Source: Acanthaster planci
Taxonomy: Eukaryota
Reading direction: 5' to 3'
Assembly (NCBI RefSeq): GCF_001949145.1
Contig: NW_019091357.1
Location: 1,977,704 to 2,041,703 of the forward strand
DNA length: 64,000 nt
The stretch's first letter is position 1, and each line of letters starts with the position of its first letter. Below the pieces are notes generated by a model. That model saw only the letters and a list, made by a program, of their open reading frames with translations, searched no databases and had not been told where the DNA came from. The translations under genes and the position numbers were made by a program. Below, one piece after another: positions 14,101 through 27,000 of this stretch.

Positions 14101-15871
14101 CAATTCTCAGTCTTGCAGAACCCCAGAAATGTTCGGATTCACGTAAAAACAAGTACATGTACTTTTTAAAATGCGTTCTAAAGCTTGGTTTGTCGGACTT
14201 AATTCCATGGGTAAATAATTCAAAGTAGACCCAAATTTAAATGATTCAAAAGACCGTCAAGCTTACAGAACTTTGCAATAAAAAATGGCACGTACACCAG
14301 GTTTGTTGCTTATTATTTTTAAAGACAAGAAACAGGATTAAATTATATTTACAAACTCAGGTCTACGTGAAGATTTGTCAATACAAGTACTGTACAAGGA
14401 TTTCTCTTCCCTCTCCAGTGTAAAATGAGGCTGAAAGTGTATACAGGTATGTCATTGCAGTTCAGTGAAGAGAAAACCTTGTTGAAACTTTTAAATTATT
14501 CAAAGGGAAGTTCAGGTACAATTCCGGAATGTATAAAATGTACACAACATCATCTTCAGACAGCTAGATGAAGACACGACAGCTGCTTTGGTGAGCACTT
14601 GTTCAGCCATGAGCCCTAGAAGTCATTACAAATTACGAGCTTAGAGGTATAATGAGGAAAAGATAACTGCATGGAATGTGGGGTAGTAAAAACGTGTACA
14701 TGTAGTTACAAATGCAGTAAAAAAGTTCAATGACCTTGAAAATGTATTACAAACAAAGGAATTTCCGGCAAAGTTATGCAATCGGTCTCCATCCATGTCC
14801 ATTCACTCCTGATCGCTCCACTATTTCAATATTGGTTAAAAATTTTTACTTTCAAGTTTAAGACACAAATGGCATTACCATTTAAAAAACATTCAGAACA
14901 AATAAAATGCATGCTACATAAATCACTTTTTAAGTACACGAGAAAAAATGTGAAAACACAAAAAGTAAGCTAAGTACAGGTCATCCTCCATTTTGGTCTA
15001 ATTTTCAAACGTCCTAATGGCAACTATCTGCCTATAAATGAAAGTTTGAAAAAAATATCCAGCAAAATTTCAAACTTGCCTTCAACGTCGCTAATTCTCA
15101 CTTATTTTGACAGATTGGCGTTAAATGGCAGTGTTTGGCTGGTCGACTCTGACTGAATATAAAAAGTGCCCAATAATAACTAATATTTACAATAAAACTT
15201 GCATGCTGATTTTCTTTGTATCAAAGCATAAACCAACCTGACTGAAAAAACTTCCATATTACTGTTTTCGACCTTACAATACGTAGAACTCTTTAAGTAG
15301 AAATCTCATATCCGTAGAGTGCCCATAAATGGCTATGCTGACGGAATAAAAACTTAATTATAGAAATAACCACTTGCTCGTTCATTGTTGCTCTAGTCTG
15401 TTGCTGACAAACGGAAACAGAAAATACAAACATTGAAGCTGCCCTGCTTGCCACTGTCCCAACATGCATTGCTAGCTGATATCCCGGCTCGCATTGGCCC
15501 ATGATATCTGTATTCTCACACTGAGTTTAGTCTACCACTTAATCCACTCGGGAAAAGAACTTTAAAATTCAGGGTAAAAAGACTCTCTGGTATAAAAAGT
15601 TGAGATAAAGGATTTTGTCAAAACTGTTAGAAGGGAGGTAACACATTTAACTACACAACGCCAAGGATTAAAATGTAGCACCACAAAGATAATTGTTGGA
15701 AACTTATTGCAACATGACGTTTCCCCCAAAATTACATCTTACAGGACTTGTTTTGACACAATTCAACTGCCATTTATGAAGCATTACACTTGACTTGAAG
15801 GAAAGAATGACTGGGATTAACAGCAAATGTAGAGGGGGTTCAGATATATCTCATCTGCTCGTGTCTCTTAT

Positions 15872-18800
15872 CTAGAAGTCTGCGTCTAGTCTGAACACCT
15901 GCTCTTCTTTGGACGCCATGACACCTGATCGCTGGTACTCGCCGACCCTCTTCTCAAAGAAATTTGTCTTACCCTCCAGCGAGATGTTTTCCATAAAGTC
16001 AAAAGGGTTTTCCACATTCCAGATCTGCATGAAATCAGTAAAAAAAAAACATTTATATATTAGTGCTTGATCAACAATATTTTAGAAGTTGATCGGGTGT
16101 TCTTAGGGAGGGGGGGATCGAGTTTGCCATCTTCAAAACACAGTTTTTGGACTAGTGGCCATTAGGTTGTACAGTCAAAACCAGAAAGGAACATACCTTT
16201 GTGCATTTCAGCTCTAGGAGTAACCGGTCGGCCACAAACTCTATGTACTGCTTCATGAGCGTGGCATTCATGCCAATGAGGGAGCAGGGCAGGGCGTCTG
16301 TCAGGAACTCCTGCTCGATCAGGACAGCTTCCCTGATGATGGCCTTGATGCGCTCCTCCGACGGCTTGTGGACCAGATGGCTGAACATAAGGCAGGCAAA
16401 GTCACAGTGCAGCCCCTGAGGATTGGTTGAAAAAAAGAGTCACTTTAACAACCGAAACACTGTTCAATTCTTTACAGCCAGAACATTTGATACAGTAGCA
16501 TAACCGGGCCCAACATAAAGGGCATACTTCGGAAGCTTATTTTCTGGAGGAGGAACTCCATTGTGTCTGGCCATAATTTTGGTTTGAACTCATAATGGAC
16601 CCGCTTAATCACGCAACCTAAAGTGGGTATCAACCCCGTGGCAATGTGTGTTTAGAGTGTTGTTTACAAACAATATAACCAAGTTTAACGGTGAAGCACC
16701 CTGAACATCAGCAGTCCGAGTCCGATACCTACTGTCGACTATTTTTGGTAAATGATACTCATGAAACACTACTTTTGGCAGACGCAATGTTTGATATTTC
16801 ACACCCAGTGTACATGTAGGTCATGTGACTTAGTGGGTACAATCGGTCTATTGCTTCACCAATTCTAAGAGGGAGCGCCAAAGGGCCCAAGGCCCCCTGA
16901 CAAGCCACTGTATCAGTGGGCCAACAATTGGCAGCAGAAAGAATATGGACACTAAATTTTGACCACAAGTATGTAACTGGCAAGCTGAAGATCTTCCAAG
17001 CTGAACAAGACTCAATACATGTATAAGGCTTTTTTTAGCAACTTGTAATGATAAAAACCTTAATGAAGTGCGACATACCTCGTCGCGGCTGATCAGCTCG
17101 TTAGAAAAGGTCAGGCCATGCATTAATCCCCTCTTCTTCAACCAGAAGATGGAAGCAAATGAACCCGAGAAGAAAATGCCCTCCACGGCAGCGAAGGCCA
17201 CGACCCTCTCCCCATAGGTGGTCGAGTCCGAGTTGATCCAGTTCAGAGCCCAATCTGCCTTCTTCTTAACACAAGGCAGAGTCTCAATTGCATTGAACAG
17301 GAACGTCCTTCAAATAGAGAAAAAAAACAAATCGTCTGTTTCAGAAGACAAAGTATGCACGTGTCAAATATTCAAACTTCCCCATGGAAGAAGTTAAGTG
17401 GTTTCAAATCTGCTAGATCTACAGGTGTGTACACGTTTTGGGGAATCAGGGTACATTTTTAGGCTGCCTAAGAATCAGCTAGGTCTTGGTCTTCACTCCA
17501 TTGGAAATAGGTGGAGAAGTACAGACAACAGACCTGGCTGCAAGCTCTGGAAGCCCGTTTTGGACACGGCTCTAAACTGCCTCATTCTGGCATGAGCGAT
17601 AGACCCTTTTTGAAGGACTGCTTTCTACTGAGACTCTAGCCGGATTAAGAGAGGATGCAATTTTCGCAGCAACAGAGGCTATTTTGTTCGAGAACTGAAC
17701 TTCGCTGGTTCACAAACAACCATGCAGTGCAGGTGTCACGGTCGCATCACCAATGAACTTGACAAGGGAGTGCTAGCCTGCTCGAGGCAGATAGGAAGAT
17801 TCAAGATTCGGCGCACATGGGTGACCTTTACACTTGTGAGCGTGAGCAGCGTACCTTTCGTCTGGGTCCCGGATGTAGGTGTCGATAAGCAAGCTGTACA
17901 TCTCTGAGTGGATGTTCTCGATGGCTATCTGGAAGCCATAGAAGCAGCGGGCCTCGGGCACCTGCACCTCCTGGCTGAAGCGCTCCACCAAGTTCTCATT
18001 GACGATGCCGTCACTGGCGGCAAAGAAGGCCAGGACATGCGAGATGAAGTGTTTCTCCTCCTTCTTGAGCATTTCCCAGTCCGGTAGATCCTTGGAGAGA
18101 TCAACCTCCTCTACTGTCCAGAAAGACGCCTCGGCCTTTTTGTACATCTCCCAGATGTCCTAAAATGACAATTGACAGCCAGAATCAAGTTTTATCAATC
18201 TTGCAACAAACGGCCATTTCAAACAACGTTCCAAACTTGTCTTTATTTAATGGACGAGTTCCACATTTTACACTTTGAAGAGGTGGGGTAGGTGGCAATT
18301 CCTACCGCGTACAGAGGGAAGGCAATTTGCAATAGAAGGGAGAGGTAGGACACGAGGATAATTTACTTGACATTACCTTATACTGAATGGGGAAGATTAC
18401 GAAGCGACGGGGGTTCTCTCGTAGTAAAGGCTCATCTTGTAGCAGGTCTTGCTGTTTTTTCTTAAATTCCTGTGGAAAACAAAGTTGAAATTCTTAACAC
18501 GAAGAGTAATAAATGGCCTGGAATGGTTAATTTCAAAGCATAATTGAACTCCACTTGTCACTGAAATAGTTCTACTTCTGCAGTGCAAGTCATACTTTGT
18601 GGGAATTGTGCAGGGAGAATGTCGCAATTAAGAAGTATCGTCACCGTCGGACATTGAGGTACATGCATTTAGCTTACAGCAACTCGATAGAAAAATAACA
18701 TGAATTCCTTGGAATTATTTTCCACTCACCTTCAGTTCTTTCCTTTTTTCTTCTTTGGAGGGGGTCTTTGACGTATGAATAATATTCTAAAGAGGGAAAC

Positions 18801-20519
18801 ATTAATAAACATTTCCAGGATGAGATTCGGTAAAAATTTACCAGCTTTAAATGTGACAAATCAAACAGCATATTAAAATAACCTCAAGCTAAAAAGAATT
18901 ACCAATTTAAAGATTGGAAAGAGTTTCATGGATGCATGGACATCACTTGACGCCCTGTGCACAAACTCTAATTTCTGTGGAATTGCTTCAGTGTTTGCCC
19001 TTCTGACTTTTTAGGGCACGTTATATTCTGATGGCTGATGTACCACTTTAGGGAAAGTGGCGATGTCTGTGTATGGAACTCTTTCCTAGAGTCTTTATTA
19101 CAGAGGCAAACGATGAAAGGAGGGGACGGGCTCAAAAACTATCTCTGCCTTGCAGTTGATCCAGGCACATAAGTGGTCCATTTATTTAACGGCAATGTAC
19201 ATATCTCTTTTCTCATAAATATCATACCGAGATGTCCAATATGCAGACTGAAATATAAATATATTTTGCAACAGACGACCTGAGGACATGTTGATTGTGA
19301 TTGGCTAAAGTGTTGCAAACTCTTGCGTTGGAGATGCACTATTGTGAATCGCCCGTATAGACCCCCTGTGTATGGCATAATGTTAGAGGGCATTTCTTCC
19401 TCTCTAGGATCGACAGGCTTGAGTAAATCTTTCGTGTATTCATTGTCATTAAATTAAAATAAAAAATAGCCTCCAACTCGACCTTGACGCAAGGGTTTAT
19501 TGAACCGTAAAGTACATAAGCAGGGTAGGGTTATAAAAAGCCTTGGGCCGTCAGATGCAAGACTCATTTATTTCCCACCATTTTTTGAACAAACTACATT
19601 TTTCACCAAAATCCTGGTTTCTAATTAGGCCTAGGGCCTATCAATTAAGCTTAGGTTTTCAAACAAACAGTTGTGCATTTATTGCATTAGCCATGTTACG
19701 CCTAGGCCTACTTCTAGTTCTACTTGTACGTTAGCATGATCGTAAATTAAGTTAGGCTTAGCCAAGTCTTGCAGCGAAACCCCAGTCCCCACCTTAAATT
19801 CCTGCTGAATTGATTTCATTCAATCCACGCTGTTGAAATATCCCACTACTGAACATGGCAATGCCACGTACGACCACCACCATTCACTGGTTGATCCTCT
19901 CTGAATACGCAGCAGGCATTCGATTCCAAGACACGCAAACAATGGGCTTCGGTTAGCCTTCCCGCGCTCAGCTAATGTTGCATAATCAGTTGATTACACA
20001 AGCAGAACAAAAAATCCCAACCGATTTTAACCGAAACATTACTTAAGGTCGGTGCAAACAAAGAACATTCGCCTTCACTTACGTGTTTCTGACTGTCTCC
20101 CAAAACTTTTAATTGTTTCGTCTTCATTGGGTACTGTACGTGGAAATGAAAAATACGGTCCATGAGGTCATGGTAGTCCTGACTAAACCAGGAACCCATC
20201 ATTTTACTGACGAAAATGTTCTTATTCCTCCATGATCTGATCACTAAGTTTAAATATGTAGGCTTACTGGCATAGTTTTAAATGAAACAAGTGAATTCAG
20301 TGAATGTCAAAACTTCCCAATGAACGTTTCCAAATTTCAGTGCACTCTAAGTTAAGTACAGTTATAGTAGGCGACTAGTCCTGGGTCTGTCGATTCCCGA
20401 ACAAAAGCATGACCAACACAAAAAGTTACCTGGTTTTCCTGGTCGTTGATCCTCGCGTTTTGGAGGTTGTTGGTCAGGGTCTTCATCTTGGTAGAATCTG
20501 GTGAGTGCATGGACAACAT
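15872..20519 (-). CDS. RRM2: Ribonucleoside-diphosphate reductase small subunit (R2), ~381 aa, 7 exons
   Basis: Exons 20430-20519, 18730-18786, 18377-18469, 17855-18159, 17079-17307, 16197-16415, 15872-16024. Motifs [67 protein letters not shown] and C-terminus FRLDADF. Confidence 0.97.
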
Positions 20520-20644
20520 TTTGAGTTTGGGGGCTACCTTACGGCGGGGAAGGCAGTTCAACTGATGGTATTTGAGGTGGGATATGGACTTGCGGACAGG
20601 ACGGGAGCAACTGGTCGAATGAAAGACCGGTTCTTCCACCCTAG

Positions 20645-20780
20645 ATTGATTTTGGCGCCGGCGCCCCGGCGGCCAGCATATTTACATAAAGAGAACAAAC
20701 CGGTCTACAACGCCCAGAATAAAGTACGCCAATTGGCTCTTGACTAATCTTACCTCAATAAACTTCCCATGATTGGTTGC
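20645..20780 (-). promoter_or_regulatory. RRM2 proximal promoter: E2F site plus CCAAT boxes
   Basis: TTTGGCGC at 20651-20658 in a GC-rich patch; CCAAT/ATTGG at 20729-20736 and 20772-20776; 130-260 bp upstream of the ATG. Confidence 0.6.
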
Positions 20781-21641
20781 TGAGTGCAAGCCATGCGGAG
20801 ATGGCGTACTTGGGTAGGACCATAGAATGCAAACAGGGGTGTTCACCGATCTTGTCTCTTCAATAAGGTCATTTAAAGGGTAAAATGCAGTAACTTGTAC
20901 TCGTGAATATTTCCAATAAATCTATATACATTTGAGTTACGTGCACTATTAATTAAATGTTGATAATTGGCCGTAGTGCAATTTATTAGAAAGATAACCT
21001 TTAAGACAACCTTGAGAACTTGGAATAGTCCAACAGACATTGGACCACAATCGGAACTATTTTATCACTGATTGTGTCCTGCCCCTAGTCCCCTGACTCC
21101 CTCCCCATATCAAAACCCCCTTTCGTCTATATCCTCTGCAAATGATGAGACGACCGAAATATACATAATGCGTTGTAGACCAACATGATTGCACTGGGGT
21201 GATGTTCTATCTTTACTTTTTTACAATTTTTTAATACAAACCTTTAGCGAGCGATGTGAATCAAAGACTCGTTTTTCTTTTCTCTAAAAAAACTTTCCCA
21301 GGCATGATGACCTCGACGCGTCCTTGATGTGGAAAGAATAGTGTCAAGGGTAGTAGCTAATGGGTACGATGACGCCAATGGAAAAGGGCTACCAAAATAT
21401 ATCTCTATTTTGAAAGTTTCAAGTTCAGAGAACAATTTCTAGTAAGTTCAGAAGCAGAATCGGTTGGTCACAAAACGTGGTGCCCTTAACATTTAAGTAT
21501 CAACCACATCTTTTTCATTGAAGATCGAAAAGTCTGGGGCGTTCGAAGAATCTGAGAGAGCACGGCAATACAACAGTGTGGCGATAAACGCACTGCTATG
21601 CATCTTTTGATTGTACGGGAGCAAGATTTTTTTCACACTAT

Positions 21642-21999
21642 CAGGAGTGGCAGCAAAACTTTTTTTGCAAGTCCAAGTCAAGTCACAAGTCAAGCTGGTC
21701 TAAACACCAGTCAAGTCACAAGTCTCATTGTCCAAGTACAAGTCAAGCTAGCTGCACATTATTTTGTCCAGCTGTGATAAGCAAAAAGAACTAGGCGTCA
21801 ACTTTCAGAGTTACAAGTTATACAAATACATGGGGCCGGTGGAGTAGCGTCTGACTTGGGTTGATAACAAGTCATTTTTTGCAAGTCTAAGTCAAGTCAC
21901 AAGTCAAAGCTGGTATTTACAAATCAAGTCACAAGTCACGAAAATAGCGACTCAAGTCGGACTCGAGTCCAAGTCACATGACTCGAGTCAGCGACTCTG
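21642..21999. mobile_element. CAAGTC/GACTCGAGTC-rich hAT-like MITE, related to 4940-5318, opposite orientation
   Basis: 8-bp flanks CACACTAT (21634-21641) and CACAATAT (22000-22007). The reverse complement of the right end (CAGAGTCGCTGACTCGAGTCATGTGACTTGGACTCGAGTCCGAC) resembles the left end of 4940-5318. Confidence 0.8.
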
Positions 22000-22210
22000 C
22001 ACAATATATAGTCTTGACATATACCACACTCTAATGTGATTGGGAAAATAGTTTATAGCCAGTCTTGGAAGGAGACTAGTCTTCACCTCTCGTGACAGTT
22101 GAAATTTCGGACTTTGAAAAGAAAAATCCTAAAGAGTCAAGAATTAGAAAGGAAAGGAATTTTGCTGCATTTGAAAGTGGAATACAACTGAAAAATTTGA
22201 TCGAAAAAAA

Positions 22211-22388
22211 CAATACGGCCGTTTCACAATAGTGCGCCACCAAGAGTTTGGAACGCGCTGGCCAATCACAATGCACAAAATTTGTCGACCCAGTGCGCGT
22301 TTGGAAAGGGTCGACAATTTTCGTGCCTTATAATTGGCCAACGTGTTGCAAACTCTTGGTGGCGCACTATTGTAAAACGCCCGTATTG
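22211..22388. mobile_element. Fold-back (hairpin) MITE
   Basis: Arms of ~80 bp: CAATACGGCCGTTTCACAATAGTGCGCCACCAAGAGTTTG...TGTCGACCC and GGGTCGACA...CAAACTCTTGGTGGCGCACTATTGTAAAACGCCCGTATTG, around a ~16-nt loop. Confidence 0.8.
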
Positions 22389-23142
22389 ATGACACACAAA
22401 CGTACTGTACTTACGTCTAGCCTTTAATCTAGCCTGGATATCCATGGCCATAAAAATCCGCTCAGCTAGGCCCTGACACGTATGCAGGACGGGAGCTCTT
22501 AACCAGAACTTCTAGAATAAACGTAATGCAAGGATGGTCAAGGCGCCCTCCTTTAATTTTAAAGGTTTATAATCCCAAACCTTAATCAAAGTTAGATCAC
22601 TTCGTATGCACCATTCCGATCCAATTTTGGATTATTTTGTGCAATAAATAACGTTATTACAAATAAGTTTTGGAGTGTACATCGTGATTTACCTGCAGAA
22701 TTTAGGATATGGGCACTGAGTTTGAAGTGGCCAAAAGCTGGTGACTTTGTCAATGAAGACAATACGTACCCAACCTGTCCAACGCGAGATTCGGCCATTC
22801 CAGGACTTCAGGCCTAGAACGGCAATATTATATTTAATGTTCACTCCTGGTAATTAAAAATTACATTTTTCCGAACAAGACTGGATTTATGTACACTACC
22901 GAAATATTTGGAATGAATCTATACATGCACGGCCGCGTGCAGGTACTTACATCACGTAGTCTCGGTTCCCTGGTCGCTAGTTATCAATACAAATATTTTT
23001 TTATAACAATCGGAATATACAACATGTACTACAGGCAAATAATTTTGAAAAAAACATCCTCCGGCCAAGACTTTAGCCTTCATTCAAGTCGGCTTGTCAG
23101 AGCGTGTGTTAAAAATGTCGCGGCTGGGTTAGCTATGAGCTG

Positions 23143-23598
23143 CTTGGGCCAAGACGGCAGAACTCGATGGCAGACTCAATCGGGATGCAGACGCAGGCTT
23201 AAGTCTGCTTGCCCTGAAGAAGGTACTCAGTTAACAAAAGCTCGGCAATCACATATTTCAAAGCACTGATTTTATATTATATTCTTGTCAATATTCTATC
23301 ATATTAAGTAGTACGTTTAGCGTCGCACAGTAGTGGTTTGTACATAATTGCGTGATACATGTAGGTCATGTGATGCCAGTCATTGATCCATATTCGTCAC
23401 ATACAGATTCAACTGGAATTTCCCGGGCGCCGATTGGTTCCTCCAAAATTCGGAGGAAAAGTAAAGAAAAAGTTAAACGGTTTGTTGGAGATTCCCAAGA
23501 AGGTAGAACCAGTCGATTGGTTAAATGAAGTCACGAGAGGGCGCAATAGAAATGACGCGCGAATAATGCTCAATCGAGTTCTGCGGTCTTGGCCCAAG
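23143..23598. mobile_element. Inverted-repeat-bounded element (MITE-like)
   Basis: CTTGGGCCAAGACGGCAGAACTCGAT (23143) and ATCGAGTTCTGCGGTCTTGGCCCAAG (~23573-23598) are inverted copies with 1 mismatch. The internal segment ATATTATATTCTTGTCAATATTCT recurs at ~56672. Confidence 0.6.
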
Positions 23599-23713
23599 AC
23601 TACTGGGCTAGCTGCAGGCAGGCCCAAACACTGATCTCTATAATAAATTTTATTATAGTGGCCCAACCATGTACCACCGGCACCATACCGTGCCGAATGC
23701 GAAGACAACTTTC

Positions 23714-23727
23714 GTAGCCATGGTTAC
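23714..23727. promoter_or_regulatory. RFX X-box-like motif upstream of STPG1
   Basis: GTAGCCATGGTTAC, an imperfect palindrome resembling GTTRCCATGGYAAC, ~320 bp upstream of the ATG. Confidence 0.6.
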
Positions 23728-24043
23728 GATATTGTTCCGCTTCTGCATTCATACCGTTTAATTTACCAACAGAATAGTTGATTTCAAGCATTAAGCTGTC
23801 TTTGGTGTGCAATTAATAATTTAGAGAAAGATTCAACCCCACTCGGTTCTCTTTCACGTTTACGAATTTTCACTAAAACAAAATAGTTCACTAGCGCAGT
23901 CACATTAGCAAACAAGGAAGGGCTACAGGGCACATTAGCAAAATAAGACGTGTGCCTGTACGGTGCAATGCTTGCATGTGCGCTTTATCAAACTTGGATC
24001 ATATTCTAGCTTGTAATTAATCATTGTGGTGGAAATTAAAATA

Positions 24044-27000
24044 ATGGCAGATAGTGTACAGACGTTAGAGCCCGGTTACAGAAGGTCTGTAGGTGGGGAA
24101 AAATCCGGTAGAATTCACAAAGGTAGGTCCGAATCGAAAAGTGTTTAGTTTACCGACTTGACATGCTCGAGTCAACATGACTGGCTGCAATGGTTTCCCG
24201 CTGCAATAATGTATCATCGGTCATTTAGAATCGCCATAATAAGGTTTTCATTTTCAGCTGTAGCTAGTGGTCTTGGTAGCAGTAGGGTAGACGTTAACTG
24301 ATTTGGTCATGCAATGTCACTAAATTTAATTCCTTGATCTTGTCACTTTCATTGCACTTTAACTTGAGTTTTGGACAATTTTTGTGTGTGCTTGTGAGTC
24401 TTTTTTGGTTGTGTTTAGGCTATTTGATTTGAGGGAGGTGTAGTCAGATAGCCAAAGACAAGATTCCCAATGACTGATACACTTTCATAAGTTGTGACTG
24501 TTGGCTCTGTAGCCTTACAGAATTTGTGAAAAGTACCAGTTAAGACACTTCTGCCTTTGCTGTAGTCTGCCCTCTGGCCTAACTTAGCTGTACTGTCTCA
24601 AATTCAATGTTGTGAAAGCATTTTTTGTGTCATGTTCTGTTTTTCTGCATCCACCCAGGGCCAGGCGTTGTAGCAGCTACATCATCAATACCAACCAAGT
24701 ACCAGACCATTGTCACACCAAATACGGATAAAAGGGGCTTTGGCGGGACCACAAAACGATTCAACTATGACCTGAACGTTGTAAGTATAAAGATTTGGAG
24801 TTGTGTCTACACAGGCACTCTTATGATTAGTGTAATTAATAAATTAACAGGTGCTCTTTACTTTCGAGTAGATGTTATATACCTCGTAGTAAACTACTTG
24901 AACTTCAGATCGGTGTTTTATTACTGTTGATGGTGTTCATTTGTACATGAACACTCACCAAAAAGTGTATTTACACTCATCCCATACCTTGAATACTTAG
25001 AAAAGGGTTTAAATACATGTACATCTCTCGTTGCAACTTACTTTGGTGGTCATTGTTCTTATTAAAACTGAGCTCTGCCATAGCAGTCGTTTTGAAGTGA
25101 GAACCAATACTTAGTCAGCAAAGTATAAGTGAAGTATTTGTGCTGTCTCACCGTTCTACTAGAATGAGAATCCTGGTCCAGGAACCTATGGCAATCTCAG
25201 AGTGGGAGCTGTCAAGGATAGCACGTCCTTCTCAAAGAAAGGGATGGGCGTCGGCTTTGTCTCCAAGGTAAGTGGTGAGGGACTTACTTGGGGTTTTAAG
25301 GGGGTGGGTCTGAGGTATGGTCATTCAGTCAGTTCCTCAAAACTATGCTGCTTCATTCCATGAACAATTACACTTGTGAGTGGGATATCCCACTTGTGTC
25401 ACATTGCACGAAAGCAAGGGATCTGGGGTGGTATCGAAGCCAGCCTGACTCTCAATGGGGTTATTAACTCCTAAAACTGAGAAACTTGAGTCCTATCTTA
25501 GTCAAGTTATTTATTAGTTAGGACTGTGTCACTGTTGATGACTCCAGCACAGCTGACAGCAAGGTTTGATTTTCATGTATCTGTCTACCATGAGCAAAGG
25601 CTTTCTGCTTGTTAATACTAAAAAATTTTGGAGGCTAACAAGGAATTTTAGATTAAGCACGTACATCCATCTTATGTTGAACTTAGAGCTAAGTACTAAG
25701 AATTTATCTGCTATGAGAAAAAGACAGGGATCATAAATGTAAATTTCAGTTGACTGCAGAGTCGTGAAATTGGACCCAAACATAGACAAGAATTGGAGTT
25801 CAGATTTCCCATGGTTTTTTAACCAGGTGCATCGAATGCCAAGGCAGAAGGGCACACTCGGCCCAGGGGCAGCTGCCTACAGCCTCCCCAGCTTGCTACG
25901 GACCCAGTCAGACTACAACCAGGCACCGGCCTCCAGTTCCTTCCACAAGCCCATTGCGGTCGCGCAGGACAAGCGCGGGAACCAACCAGCACCAAATCAA
26001 TACAACGTGAGTGCTCATTTAACTGGCCTGTCTGTTGTCATATCTGGACCTATCTATACCGACTCTGTGTACAATTTGTACGCCAACTTGAGAAACCAAA
26101 ATCAATGTTTTCATAATGTGATACTTTCACCGTTGCGAAAAATCAAATTTTGATTTGCCTTCTCGTTGGGATACAGATATCCGACAATGTGTTACACAAG
26201 CACCATGGTAGCCAATTCCAAGCGTCATTCAAGTCGACCTCCAAGAGGGTAGATTTCCAGGGACACAAGACATTAGCGCCTGCTCCTTGTAAGTACTTCA
26301 GCCTCAAAAGCTTAGGGTGTCTTTAACTTTTAGCAAGTTCTCTTCACTTAAATGTTGGGAGACCTCTTTGGAGATGAAGTAAAAATAACAAGGGCAGGAA
26401 GAACTACCCAGTGCTTCTTTTGTTGTTGTTCTTGTTTGATTTTGGTTCGCCCCTCATTGTCCTTAATTAAACACAACCTGTTATTTGTTAAAAAAGCAGA
26501 CCAAAAATTAGTGAAAATGTGCTTCATAATTGAGTGATTAATTTACCAAAGAAAAAGGTGCATTACATGAATTAATGCTAGTTAGGCGAAACGAGCCCAG
26601 CGTTTCTCTATAAAGATGATGAAGAGAAAGAAAACGGGCGTGCTCGTTAAAGAAAATTCTCAAATGGTTAGTTTTGATCTTGGTTCATTTCTGTAATGTT
26701 ATTCGGTTCTCTCACTATAGGCCAGTATACAATCAGCGACAGTCTCACCAAAACTTCCAGCAAAGTTCCCACCAGTTGCTTCAAATCGACCTCCAAACGA
26801 CAAATGACTGCCATGCCTGTCAATGTAAGTCAGAAGTGCATGTATTGCACATCTGCGTCCCACTTGGATATGAACGCATAAATCCAAGTACATGAACTCC
26901 AAGATCCCGCAAAAATTTACAGTTCATGCTAAGAAGACGACGCCTTTGTTCACAATTCACATAATCTTCTGTTTTGCTTTATGTTTTTGTAGAACCCAGG

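Noticed and set aside
23383..23634. 83-aa basic ORF upstream of STPG1
   Set aside because: It has a non-ATG start, overlaps an inverted-repeat-bounded element and shows no family resemblance.
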